In this document: positions 36,253-46,700 of the stretch, piece after piece
Numbering within the stretch: the first letter of the stretch is position 1
How the letters are laid out: every line of letters begins with the position of its first letter
From: a virus
Taxonomy: Duplodnaviria; Caudoviricetes
Direction: 5' to 3' (one strand)
IMG/VR virus record: IMGVR_UViG_3300021062_000016
Coordinates: 1-61,788 of that record
Length of the DNA stretch: 61,788 nucleotides
The notes under the pieces: model-generated
Database searches by the model: none
Told to the model about the DNA's origin: nothing
What the model saw: the letters and a program-made list of their open reading frames with translations, nothing else
Position numbers and translations under genes: made by a program

Positions 36253-37388
36253 GCCAGAGTCCTGACGTCTTTGGCGAAGCCTTCAAGGCGCTGCTCGTTC
36301 GCGGGCGTGTGGTTCCATTGCCAGCGATAGAGCGCTTCGGTCCTGGCACATACACCATTCCGATCCCGGATCGGTGTGAGGCATGGGAATGCGGCGTCAT
36401 GGGCGGTGGTGGGTCCGGCGCAGCTCTCGAGGGCGATGACCTTGCCAACGAACAGAACGCAACCGGTGGCGCGGGGGGATCGTGGGCGCATGGCTTCCGC
36501 AAGCTGACTCCGGGCGTCACGAGTCTGACGCTGGTCATTGGTGCCGGTGGCGCGTCAGTCACAGAAACATCCGGCGGTACCAATGGTAATGCCGGAAGCT
36601 CGTCCACCTGTTCTGACGGAACGATCACCTTCACCGCACCTGGTGGCGGAGGTGGCTTGTTTACTGCCAACGGGCCAGCGTCTGGGGCTACGCCTGGCGC
36701 CACTGGGTCTGTGAATGACGGTGGCGACGTTGATAGTGCGCAGGGCGGCGCGTCCGGTGCGGCCACCACCACAGCTAACGGCGGCGCATCTGGCGGCGGC
36801 TCTCCCGGCGGGCCATGGGGAGATGGGAAGGCTTCCGGTGCGTGTTCAGGAACAGCGCAGGCGTCGTCTGGCGGGGCCAGCCCACTGTTTGCATCGGCTG
36901 CCGCCACGACTTCCACTGGCGGTGCTGGTCTGGGTGGAACTAGCGCGCAGACAGCGGGTGGCGGCGGTCTTGGGGCCGCCGTAACGACTACGGCAGGCGA
37001 TGGCATGGATGGTGGCATTGTCACCATGGGTGTCGGTGCGCCGTTGGTATACGCCACTGCCTACGGAAAAGGAGGCGGCGCCGGAGCCGCGGGAGACGAT
37101 GGCGGCGGTGGCGGAGGGAATACCGCCGGGAACGGTGGTGACGGAGGCTTTAAAGCCGGCGGTGGCGGCACCAGCAATACGTCAGGCGGGAGCGCAGGGC
37201 ATGGCGGGTTGTTCGCTGGCGGAGGCGGGGCATGTGTAGTCGGCGGAGCCTCCACGGGAACGTCAGGAAGAGGACGCGCCGGTGGCGGTAGCGGTGCAGC
37301 CGTCAACCTGTCCGACAGCGCGACGGCCACTTCGTCACCCGGCGGCAACGGCTACGGCTTTGTGATCCTCTACGTGAGGTTGCCCTAA
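36249..37388 (+). CDS. Glycine-rich tail fibre/receptor-binding protein
   Basis: GGGGSG/GGAGG polyglycine repeats. Confidence 0.75.
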   Translation: MSQSPDVFGEAFKALLVRGRVVPLPAIERFGPGTYTIPIPDRCEAWECGVMGGGGSGAALEGDDLANEQNATGGAGGSWAHGFRKLTPGVTSLTLVIGAGGASVTETSGGTNGNAGSSSTCSDGTITFTAPGGGGGLFTANGPASGATPGATGSVNDGGDVDSAQGGASGAATTTANGGASGGGSPGGPWGDGKASGACSGTAQASSGGASPLFASAAATTSTGGAGLGGTSAQTAGGGGLGAAVTTTAGDGMDGGIVTMGVGAPLVYATAYGKGGGAGAAGDDGGGGGGNTAGNGGDGGFKAGGGGTSNTSGGSAGHGGLFAGGGGACVVGGASTGTSGRGRAGGGSGAAVNLSDSATATSSPGGNGYGFVILYVRLP

Positions 37389-37957
37389 TGGCTAAGTACG
37401 CACGCCCGGTGGACCACTCCACGGCGCAGGACGGCAGCGACGTCCGCATGATCGATGTGGTGACGGTACAAACCCCATTGCCGCCATGGGCAGCGAACGA
37501 TGCTGACTGGCTGTCCAAGATGTACGGCGCTACCGCCAACCAATTCGTGCTGATCCCCGACAGCATCCAACCATGCGCCAAGTACAACGGGGGCGGCTAT
37601 GGCAACCCGAGCAACTATACGAACCCAGGCGCGTCTCCAACGCCACAGCCCGTCGTCTACACCAGCCGCAAGGCTGTGAGGAGACACCTCGTCTCTCAGC
37701 TTGGCGGTGGTTCCACAGGAGAAATTCGTCTAGGCGCGATCATCAAGGGCATCAAGGGATCAACGGACGAGCGCGTGAACTACGCCTGGGACTATTTCAG
37801 CTCGGCAATGGATTTCGAAAAGGCTGAGATCGTTGGGCTGTTCCAACTCGCTCGTGCCAAGGACTTGCCGAGCGCCGACACTAGCGGCGCAAACGTGGCC
37901 CGTAAGGTCGAAGCCGCGGAAATCACAGCAATCTCCAACAACTGGCCGGAAGTCTGA
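37388..37957 (+). CDS. Hypothetical (tail fibre assembly-like) protein
   Basis: TAATG coupling after fibre gene. Confidence 0.6.
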   Translation: MAKYARPVDHSTAQDGSDVRMIDVVTVQTPLPPWAANDADWLSKMYGATANQFVLIPDSIQPCAKYNGGGYGNPSNYTNPGASPTPQPVVYTSRKAVRRHLVSQLGGGSTGEIRLGAIIKGIKGSTDERVNYAWDYFSSAMDFEKAEIVGLFQLARAKDLPSADTSGANVARKVEAAEITAISNNWPEV

Positions 37958-37958
37958 C

Positions 37959-38462
37959 ATGGCCCTCCAACGCTCCGGCATTTTCACCTTCCGCAACGGC
38001 GTCGAGATTTTCTTCGGCGTCGAGTGGGACGATTACAACATCGGCCTGCGCAGCAAGAAGTACATCGGCGAGAATTGGGTAGACATGGCGGCCAAGGCCG
38101 GCCTAACGGCCCCGAACGGCACGCGCCCCACGGCAAAGCACTGGACCTTCGCCTACTACGGCCCGCTCTACACCAAGGGACAATCCTTCGATCCAGACGG
38201 GTCCATGGGACCGCTGCCGCAGAAAGCGGGCGACCTGATCGAGTACGCCAACGAACACGGGATTGCCGCCATGGTAACCAACCATTTCGATGAACACGAC
38301 TGGCTGGTGGCCAACGACCCGGACCTGCAAGCCACAACCTCAACTCCCCCTCCGACCCAAGGCACCTACACCACCGCGCAGCAGGTGGGCGCCGATCTCA
38401 TGTCGTTCCTCAATGGGAAGGTCGGCTACGGGCCCGACGGAAAGCTGACGAGACTCGCATGA
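37959..38462 (+). CDS. Hypothetical protein
   Basis: ORF in operon. Confidence 0.6.
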   Translation: MALQRSGIFTFRNGVEIFFGVEWDDYNIGLRSKKYIGENWVDMAAKAGLTAPNGTRPTAKHWTFAYYGPLYTKGQSFDPDGSMGPLPQKAGDLIEYANEHGIAAMVTNHFDEHDWLVANDPDLQATTSTPPPTQGTYTTAQQVGADLMSFLNGKVGYGPDGKLTRLA

Positions 38463-38749
38463 GCGACGACCGGCAAGAGCGCCGCAAATCCCATCTCACC
38501 GACCACGACCTGGAGCGCATCGGCGATGCCTTCGATGAAAGGCTCTCCAAGCGCTTCGAGTTGATCGGTTACGACGACACCACCCCGGAATCGCGCGCTG
38601 AGATCCGCAAGGACCATGAGTGGACGCGGACCACCCGCCAGTTCAAGACCGCCATCATCATGGCCATTGCCCTGGCAATAGCCGGGGGGATTGGGACCAC
38701 GATCTACAACGGCATGACCGTCGCAGCCCAAGAGCAGCCGAGGAAGTAA
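38459..38749 (+). CDS. Single-TM membrane protein (holin-like)
   Basis: ERRK N-terminus, C-terminal TM AIIMAIALAIAGGIG. Confidence 0.55.
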   Translation: MSDDRQERRKSHLTDHDLERIGDAFDERLSKRFELIGYDDTTPESRAEIRKDHEWTRTTRQFKTAIIMAIALAIAGGIGTTIYNGMTVAAQEQPRK

Positions 38750-39933
38750 TGGCCGACCTTGACGACATCAACCGACGGTACGCCACCTGGCGCACGGGGC
38801 AACTCGCGGCAGGCAAGACCGATGCAGACTTGCCGAACGCCCCTGGCTTCGCCGACTTCGAGCAGGAGCTGGCCGGACATTATTCGACACTGAGTAATCC
38901 AAACGACATCGCCGCTGAGATCAACAAAACCCAGGCCCGCACCGGCACCGACAATCCCTTCAAGGACTCAGCCGACCGCCTCCTCAACACCCTGAGCACC
39001 CGCCAAGCCAACCTGAACATCAGCGGGCAGGGTGGTGGTGGGACCCCATCCACCCCGCAGAGCACCACGCCCGGACTCATCGCCCCACCGCGGCTCGCCG
39101 CGCCACGCACCCTCACTCCACCACCGAAGATTTGGACCGAGCAGAGCGCCGACGTCACCCCGCGTCTGAAGGGACTCCTCGATTCCGGCTCCCCCCTCAT
39201 GCAGCAGGCGGAGACGGCCGGACTCCAGCAGGCCAACAAGCGCGGACTGCTGAACAGCAGCATGGCCGTGGGTGCGGCGCAGGATTCCGCTTATCGCGTG
39301 GCTGTGCCGATTGCGAGCCAGGAAGCATCCCAAATCCACCAGCGCAACTTGTCCGGCCAGAACTACCAGCAAGAAGGCGTCCTTCAGGACCAGCGCGTTG
39401 ACTCATCCGAGCGCATCGCCGAGTTGGGAGAAGAGGGCGCGCTGACCCGGCAGACGCAACAGATCCAATCGAACGAGCGCATCTCCGCTGCGGAGATCGA
39501 CTCAGCCATGGCTCGCCTTCGTCAGCAGGGTGTGGACCAGCGCACCTTGCAGATCATGACCGACGCGGCGCAAAAGGAGCGGCTGGGCCAGGAGTTGAGC
39601 AGCCTCGAGAAGCGCGCCCTCGACACGCTGAACGAGGACGTCCGTCAGTTCAACCAAAGCCAGGGCGCCACAGCCCGCGACGCCACGGCCACCGCCGTTC
39701 GCAGCGTGGATGAAGCCTACAACCGAGCCGTCGATTCTATCATTCAGAACAAAGATTTGAATGACGCGAACCGGACCACCGCTCTCATGGCAGCAGCTCG
39801 TGTTCGTGACTCATCCATGCGGCTCATCGAGCAAATCTACAACGTCGATCTCACTTGGGATTCGCCCGTACCGCCGAACACGACACCAACCACGCCCGCA
39901 GTCGATCCGCCTGCGGACCAGAACGTAGGGTAA
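38749..39933 (+). CDS. Internal virion/ejection protein
   Basis: Q/A-rich helical; RGLLNSSMA. Confidence 0.7.
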   Translation: MADLDDINRRYATWRTGQLAAGKTDADLPNAPGFADFEQELAGHYSTLSNPNDIAAEINKTQARTGTDNPFKDSADRLLNTLSTRQANLNISGQGGGGTPSTPQSTTPGLIAPPRLAAPRTLTPPPKIWTEQSADVTPRLKGLLDSGSPLMQQAETAGLQQANKRGLLNSSMAVGAAQDSAYRVAVPIASQEASQIHQRNLSGQNYQQEGVLQDQRVDSSERIAELGEEGALTRQTQQIQSNERISAAEIDSAMARLRQQGVDQRTLQIMTDAAQKERLGQELSSLEKRALDTLNEDVRQFNQSQGATARDATATAVRSVDEAYNRAVDSIIQNKDLNDANRTTALMAAARVRDSSMRLIEQIYNVDLTWDSPVPPNTTPTTPAVDPPADQNVG

Positions 39934-39945
39934 AGAGGAACGGCA

Positions 39946-40851
39946 ATGGGTCTTTTCAAGTCAGTAGGCAAGATTTTCAAGAAGGTCGGGAAGACCGTCG
40001 CCAAGGTCGCCCCCTATGCACTTGCTGCTGCCGCCGTTGTTTTCACGGGCGGTGCCGCTTTGGGCGTTGGTGCGATGGCTGGTGGGTGGGGTGCTGCGGC
40101 TGCCTCACTCGCCTCATTTGCGGGGCCAACGCTCGCGCCAATAATTGGTGGCGCCTTGACGCAAGCAGGCTACGGCGCTGCGGTCGGCGGAGTTCTTGGC
40201 GGAAAGCGCGGTCTGAAAAGCGGTGCTGCGATCGGCGCCATCACGGGCGCCACCATGGGCGCCATGGGGATGAACACTGACCCGCTCAAGGGTGTGTGGG
40301 AGAAGAAAGCCGCGGCCGACGCTGCGCAGACCTACGGCAGCGGAAAGGGATTGATCCGCGCTGAGAACTTGGCGCCGGCGCAGGTGGCGCAGGCTCCAGG
40401 GGAAACAACGTCTTTGTCGGCGGCGGGCGCGGGTGGAGGTTCTGGTGCTGGTGATCAAGTGGCCAAGACTGGCTGGGACAAATTCCTTGAGTCTTCGGCC
40501 GCCGGCGGAGTTGCATCAGGTGTCGGCCAAGGCCTGCTCTCGCTGGCCCAGTCCTCCGACGACGGACTCCAGCGCGACCGCGAGGAGCGCGCCGCTGTGG
40601 AGAAAAACTATGGCACCCTCGGCAAAGGCCTGCTGAGCGAGAGCCAGATGGACAACACCGTCCGTCCGTTACCGCATGAGCGCTTCGGCGGTGGTCTACT
40701 GCCCCCAGGCACGCCCGCCGCGGCTGCCGCGGGCGGGAACAACGGGCTGCTCCGGGCGCCACAGGCTAAGGCGCTCCCGCGGTTCGACCCCGGCAACACC
40801 GGCCGAGTCGAAGTGGGCCCGGACGGTCGCCTGCAGTGGGTGGCGGCCTAA
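39946..40851 (+). CDS. Ejection/pilot protein
   Basis: MGLFKSVGKIFKKVGK amphipathic start, G/A-rich hydrophobic segments. Confidence 0.75.
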   Translation: MGLFKSVGKIFKKVGKTVAKVAPYALAAAAVVFTGGAALGVGAMAGGWGAAAASLASFAGPTLAPIIGGALTQAGYGAAVGGVLGGKRGLKSGAAIGAITGATMGAMGMNTDPLKGVWEKKAAADAAQTYGSGKGLIRAENLAPAQVAQAPGETTSLSAAGAGGGSGAGDQVAKTGWDKFLESSAAGGVASGVGQGLLSLAQSSDDGLQRDREERAAVEKNYGTLGKGLLSESQMDNTVRPLPHERFGGGLLPPGTPAAAAAGGNNGLLRAPQAKALPRFDPGNTGRVEVGPDGRLQWVAA

Positions 40852-41093
40852 TGAACGGTGTGATCTAGCGGCAGCAGATCGATGCCGTAGCAGTGAAAGA
40901 CGTGCTCGATCTGACTTAGTTGTTCCTGGGTGTAGCCCAAACCGTTGGGAGCGCGAGGCAGGAACAGTGGCGTCCCGTCGCGGACGAAGAAATAAGACTG
41001 CGGCGTGTGATTCTCTTTAACTTCGCGCCACCCATCCTGGACGAGCTTCGTCACGACGGCGGCTTCCGCCGCGACGATATAGCCGTCCGACAC
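40848..41093 (-). CDS. Divergent HicA-like protein
   Basis: KLVQDGWREV..H..FFVRDG..LFLP; downstream of HicB-like gene. Confidence 0.45.
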   Translation of the reverse strand: MSDGYIVAAEAAVVTKLVQDGWREVKENHTPQSYFFVRDGTPLFLPRAPNGLGYTQEQLSQIEHVFHCYGIDLLPLDHTVH

Positions 41094-41099
41094 GTGTGA

Positions 41100-41423
41100 T
41101 TACGCGGCTTGAGCCAGCGACGCCCAAGAAAGCGACGCAGACGGGATGGGCGAGAAGGAAGGGCTGGCCTCTTCGATGTTCTTCTGAAGCCACGCAAAGA
41201 AGGCCTCATACGGCAGAGCCGGCTTCACCGACGCCTTCTTCGGCAGCTTGAGATGATGAGTGATCAAGACGTTGAGCTGGGCGGTGACTTCGTTGTACGC
41301 GGTCTCCGGATCTTGACTGGCCACGCAAAGGCCCTTCGCGAGATCGTCCTGCGACCAAAAGAAATGCGCGCCATCTACATATTTGTAGATGACTTTGATT
41401 TGCCCCTTACCTTCGTTCGTCAT
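41100..41423 (-). CDS. HicB-like (partial RNase H fold) protein
   Basis: SQDDLAKGLCVASQDPETAYNEV. Confidence 0.5.
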   Translation of the reverse strand: MTNEGKGQIKVIYKYVDGAHFFWSQDDLAKGLCVASQDPETAYNEVTAQLNVLITHHLKLPKKASVKPALPYEAFFAWLQKNIEEASPSFSPIPSASLSWASLAQAA

Positions 41424-41610
41424 GACACTATTCCCGGTACCCGTTGCCAACACCGTAACCCCGACGGCGTTGCTAAGTGGTTATCGCGCAAAGGGTATAT
41501 GGGAGCAATGTGGCATTTTTGCAATACAGCCGACCGCAGCAACGCATTGATATAGCGACGGTTTCGAAGACAGCCTTGACGCGAACTCGGGGCGCCCCAT
41601 TCTACGTGGG

Positions 41611-42249
41611 ATGAAGTACCTCCGAGTCATTATATGTGCGCTGCTTTCGGCCTGCACCCAACTGGCCGACCCCGAGTCCATGCGGGCCCCGCAGACCGCG
41701 GAGGAAAGGGCGGAGTGGGAGAGACTGTACCCGGGTGTGGAGCGGACCCGCCAAGCCCTGATGTTCGGCAACCGTGAGGTTTGCGACTGGTCAGCGCCGC
41801 GGTGCGTGCTCAACGTATCGTTATCAATCGCTGGAGGCGTGGGTTCTTTTGCGCGAGACGGGTATGTCTGGGTGCCAACCGGCATGGCCGAGTTCTTGGA
41901 AAGTGATGCGGAGTTTGCCTTGGTTATGGCCCATGAGTGGAGCCACAACATTCTCGGCCACGCCGGCGGTGACTTCTCGGAGCTGAAAGAGTCCCAAGCC
42001 GACTGCCTCGGCACCCTCCTTGCCGAGCGCGCTGGCTACGACGCTATAGCTGCTTCCGACGTCCACCGCCGCCTGGCAGCGAGCGAACTCAGGACTCAGA
42101 TCGGCTGGGCGTTCTTCGGGGTGTACCAGCCCGGAGCCAAGTTTGACTGGGGTCGTCGGCGGGAACTGATCGCTCAAGCCGCTACCCAGGGGCGCCAAGC
42201 CCCGCTGACAAAAGCACGTATGCAGCAAATCTGCGGCGTGACGTTCTGA
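41611..42249 (+). CDS. M48-like zinc metallopeptidase lipoprotein
   Basis: Lipobox LSAC; ALVMAHEWSH; ESQAD.LG..AGYD. Confidence 0.85.
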   Translation: MKYLRVIICALLSACTQLADPESMRAPQTAEERAEWERLYPGVERTRQALMFGNREVCDWSAPRCVLNVSLSIAGGVGSFARDGYVWVPTGMAEFLESDAEFALVMAHEWSHNILGHAGGDFSELKESQADCLGTLLAERAGYDAIAASDVHRRLAASELRTQIGWAFFGVYQPGAKFDWGRRRELIAQAATQGRQAPLTKARMQQICGVTF

Positions 42250-42366
42250 CCGTCGTGCGCTCGCGACGGTGTTTCGCTAAGACCTGCGCATGAGCACCGC
42301 AGGCCGCCCGGGTTGATCGCCGGGCGCTCGTATCCGCTACGCCCGTAGGCGGGCACGAAAACATGG

Positions 42367-42409
42367 CCGGCCCCTCTGCACCGAAAGGTGTACGGGCCGG
42401 TTTTCATTT
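42367..42409 (+). terminator. Intrinsic terminator
   Basis: CCGGCCC..TGCACC-GAAA-GGTGTA..GGGCCGG TTTT. Confidence 0.6.
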
Positions 42410-42428
42410 CTACAACCGAGGACCATCC

Positions 42429-42962
42429 ATGCCCAACAAGGGACTGCTTCGCCAAACCGAGCCCGAGGAGATGGAGGGCATGGCCGCGGCCAATGAGAAC
42501 ACAGGGCAGGAAGCCTCACCTGAAGAGCAAAAAGCCTACGAAACCTTCGTCGGCAACGCCCTGTCGCTCGTGTACGAGAACGAGAAGGTGCTCCCCGCTG
42601 TCATCCAGACCCTTCAGTCCGGCGACCCCATCGAGTCCCTCGGCACCGCAGCCGCCAACATCATCACCCGCCTTCTCGACTCAGCCGAAGAGAAGGGCGC
42701 CCCCATCTCCGACGACATCCTCCTCCACGGCTCCCGGGAAATTGTTGAAGACCTGGCCGACCTTTCCGCCACCGCAAAGATCCACACCTACACCGAACAG
42801 GAACTTGGCGGAGCCTTCACCCGCGCCATGGATGAAGTGCGGAACACCCGGGAGAAGACCGGCAAGCTGAACCCCGACAGCATCAACGAAGACTGGCAGG
42901 CCATCCAGCAGGCCGACCAGGATGGGACTCTCGCTTCCATGGTGGGAGGCGCCTATGGCTAA
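42429..42962 (+). CDS. Putative internal virion protein
   Basis: GAGGA RBS; acidic helical ORF in ejection cluster. Confidence 0.7.
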   Translation: MPNKGLLRQTEPEEMEGMAAANENTGQEASPEEQKAYETFVGNALSLVYENEKVLPAVIQTLQSGDPIESLGTAAANIITRLLDSAEEKGAPISDDILLHGSREIVEDLADLSATAKIHTYTEQELGGAFTRAMDEVRNTREKTGKLNPDSINEDWQAIQQADQDGTLASMVGGAYG

Positions 42963-43791
42963 AGGATTGTTGAGGGTCGCCGCGGCCATTGGAGGCGGAG
43001 TGCTTCAGGCCGCGGGAAACGCGCGTCTTGAGGAGATCAAATCCGCCCGTGCGGAGAAGCTTCAGAAGCTTGAGCAGGAGTGGCGATCGACCGAATCCCG
43101 CCTTGACAGGGAGCACCGCGACCGGGTGGAGGGTGAGCGTCAGTTTGCCCAGCTTGGCTCCGACACCCTCCGCATCAAGTCTCAGGAGCGTAGCGATGAC
43201 CTCCGTGAAGGCAACGCCGAGCGCCGGCATAAAGAAGGCTTGGGCAACGCCGAGCGGATCGCAAACGCCAACCGCGAAGCCGACACTACCCGCACGAACA
43301 CCAGCCAAGCGGAGCTCATCGAGGAGCCCGACGGCTCGCTGACATGGTCTTACCCCGACGGCACTTCCAAGCCTGCAATGAAGGGCGACAAGCCCCTGAA
43401 GGGACGGCGCTCAGGCTTGACTCCGTCCGTCACCGCCCCCTCTGGCTTCAGTGCACAGGCCATGAACGCGATCAAGGTTGCCGAGACTCAAGAGGGACTG
43501 GACGAATACGCTGACCCAGAGGAGCGCTCTGCTGCCGTGGCCCGGGTGGCGACGCGCCTCCGCAACGCCGGGCTGAAGACCGACGCCGACCGCTATGAGG
43601 CGTTGGGCGGCAAACTTGAAGAGCCCACCGACACTGGCGCTGCGCGTCCGCCGCCGGACCCCACCACCGCCACCGCTGCGGAACCCGTGGTCAAACCACC
43701 CAAACCCACCCAATACCCCCAGGCTCAGTGGTCCGACAAAGCCAACGCCTGGGTGATCCAGCAAAACGGCCAGTGGTTCGCGGTCGAGTAA
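42955..43791 (+). CDS. Putative ejection protein
   Basis: GGGAGG RBS; charged helical. Confidence 0.7.
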   Translation: MAKGLLRVAAAIGGGVLQAAGNARLEEIKSARAEKLQKLEQEWRSTESRLDREHRDRVEGERQFAQLGSDTLRIKSQERSDDLREGNAERRHKEGLGNAERIANANREADTTRTNTSQAELIEEPDGSLTWSYPDGTSKPAMKGDKPLKGRRSGLTPSVTAPSGFSAQAMNAIKVAETQEGLDEYADPEERSAAVARVATRLRNAGLKTDADRYEALGGKLEEPTDTGAARPPPDPTTATAAEPVVKPPKPTQYPQAQWSDKANAWVIQQNGQWFAVE

Positions 43792-46700
43792 ATGCCCCTC
43801 CGTCCCCTGTCTTTCGACCCGTTCGAATCAAGCGAACAGGGAACGGCGATGCTGCGCCCGCTGGACTTCGATCCGTTTGAAGCGAAGGCAGCGCCGACGC
43901 TAAGACCACTCGACTTCGACCCCTTCGCGCGCAAGGGCCTGGACCAGATGCCGGGGGCGGGCATGGTGGGAGGCGGCGGCAAGCGTCTGACACCCGAAGA
44001 GGGCCTGGACCTTGCTCGTAGCATCCCCGCTGGCGCCGTTAAGGGTGTCGGCATGGCGGCCCGTGGTCTCGGCACCGCATATGAATCTGTCGGCCGCTCA
44101 CTCGCGCGCCCCGTTGAAGCCGGCCTACGTGCCGCAGGAATGGGCGATGTCGTAGACGCCCTCAACTCCAACACCCCCTGGTGGCTGCAACCTTCAGAAA
44201 TCCTCAAGCGGCCCGGCGAGCAAACCGTCAAAGCGGGCGAAGCTATTGGAGTGCCTGAAGAGCGCCGCACGATTGGCACCGACATTGGAGAGGGTGTTGG
44301 CCAGCTGGGCGGCCAGATCACCGCCGCTCTCCTCTCTGGCGGTGCTTCTGCAACATCATCCCTCGCCATGCTTTACGGCCAGGGCGTGGATCAGATGGAG
44401 CAGCTCCGAAAGGAGCACGCCCCTGATCGACAGGATGCCGTGACCGATACCGCCGTTCTCGGGGGAGGGGCGATCACCGCCCTGACCGAACGGTATGGCC
44501 TCGACAAAATCCTCAACCGTATCCCGCCCAAGATTAAGAACGCAGTCCTCCGTCAACTGGCTGATGTGTCGATCGCAGGAGGCATCGAAGCTGCCCAGGA
44601 AGTTGCCGAGAACGTCCTTCAGCGCCTGACCGCCATCGCCACCTTTGCCCCGGATGCCTCCGTACTCGAGGGCGCGGGCCGCGAAGCCATCGCTGCCGGC
44701 GGTGCGGGCGCCATCGCCCGCGGCCTTCTCAACACTGCACTCCCCGGCCGCCAACCAGCCCCCACCGAAAACGCGCCCCTCCCTGTCTCCCCCGAGATCC
44801 GCGCCCAGACCACCGCGGACGACATCAACTCCCCCATCCCCACCGAATTGATCGAGGGCGGTCGCCAGGTTGTCGCCGACGCCATGGGTAGCCGTCGCTC
44901 TCCTGTTCCTTCCACCGACCGCCCACAAGAAAGTGCGCCGAACGTCGGGGGACCGACGGCGCCGCCACCGGCGCTTGAGGCTTTGCCCCGCGCCGGTGGT
45001 CTCCCCTCAGCGCCAGTAGGCGCGCCCCCGGCAGAAGTCACGGCTCCGGCCGCGCAGCCGGGGGTTTCCGTTCAGCCCACAGAGGCCAGCAATGTCGAAC
45101 CTCGTGTTGATGGACAGCCACCGCCCGTCCGAAGCGGAACGCCTCCGCCGCCACAACCGATTGTTGGAGCGCCAGTACCTCAAGGCCCGCAACCAATCCC
45201 CGCCCCTGGCCCAACTGTTGCCCTTCCCGAAAGCGTGGGAGGGGATCAGCTCGTCACACGACAGGACGGAACACCCTGGGCTTCTGAAACCGACGCACGC
45301 ACGGCAAGAACCTCCCGACCGGACCTGAGAGGCAAGGCGTTCGAGCCGGTTCAGGTTGAGGGCGGGTGGGCCTTGCGGCCCCTGCCTGCGCCCCCGATTG
45401 AGATACCTGCCGCGCCCATTGGAACACTTAACCCGCCCATTGAGACAGTTAAGCAGCCGGTTGCCGAACCGCAAAAGGCACCGCCCCTCCGACGGCACGA
45501 AGGAAGCTGGGTGGTCGTCAAAAAGGGTACGCTCGAACCGGTCCTGGAGACCTTCGAGCAGAAGACCGCCGACGCGATCAACCGCGAGAAGTACGACGTT
45601 CTGACCGCGGGCGACTACCTTGGCCGCAAGAACCAGGAAATCAGGCAGCAGGACGCCGCCCGGCCGTCTGCCGAGCCAGCCTTCAGCCGCACCAACGCAC
45701 CCCCGCCGCCGGACACCAGGCTGGCGAACATCAGCCGCGGCAAGGACGCAATCGAGCGCGCCCTGAAGAACGAGGACGAACCCTACGCCGTCCACCGGAA
45801 GGACACGGGCTGGATTGGCGTGTACGCCAACAACATCGCGCATGCCATTCGTGAGCGCATGTCGGCGGTTAAGCAGCGGATGACCCGCGAACAAGCCGTC
45901 GCGATGATCAGGGAATTGCCGGTGGTCCTGGCCAACGGCCGCCTGGGGACGCCCTATACCCAAGACGGCAAGACCGTCTCCCGCAACATCAACTACAACG
46001 GCAAGACGGCAGTCCTGAGATTCGAGCGCTTCGGTGAACGGGAGACCTGGGTCGTCACCGCCTATCCAGGCATGCAACAGATGCCCATGACGGGCAAAAA
46101 GCTGTCTGAAGCCGAAGCGGAGAAGATGATCGCCGATGCGGTCACCCCGGGTTTTAAGCTCCGTGATGATGCTACGCAACCGGACCATCAAGCGGTCCTA
46201 CGTGCCCCGGTCTCCGAAGAGACTTCTGCCCCGAAGGGCAGCCCCAGTATTTCGACTGAGGCGGGTCCGGCTAACAGACCTCCCGTGAGGGAGCCCTCGG
46301 GCCGGTTGGGAGCGGCGACAGCCGATAATGTAGTCACAAAAACGCCCGAAAACAAGGCAGCCGAGAAAGACGAACCACAGCAACGCCTTGCCGAGCCTCG
46401 GGAATCCGCACCCGTCCTCACCGACGAACAGATCACCCAGGCCAAGGAAGAACTCCTCGCCGACCTCAAGCGCATGGACCCTTCCGGCCGTCTGGCCATG
46501 CGTCTGGTGAAGCAGATCAACAACGCCGTCACGGGACAGCAGGAGCCCAACGCCGACGGTCAATACTTCCGCCGGCTCATCGAGATCGCCCACCAGGCCA
46601 TCAAGGACAACCGGGGAAAGCACGTCCTCAATCACGAAGTCATCCACGCCCTGCGTGACCTAGGTCTGTTCACAGACTTCGAGTGGAGAGCCCTGGTACG

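Noticed and set aside
35258-37957. Diversity-generating retroelement or invertible tail locus
   Set aside because: No reverse transcriptase, TR/VR pair or invertase seen
42341-42355. Similarity to window start (GCCCGTAGG..CGGGCA)
   Set aside because: Short, gapped and GC-rich; chance not excluded
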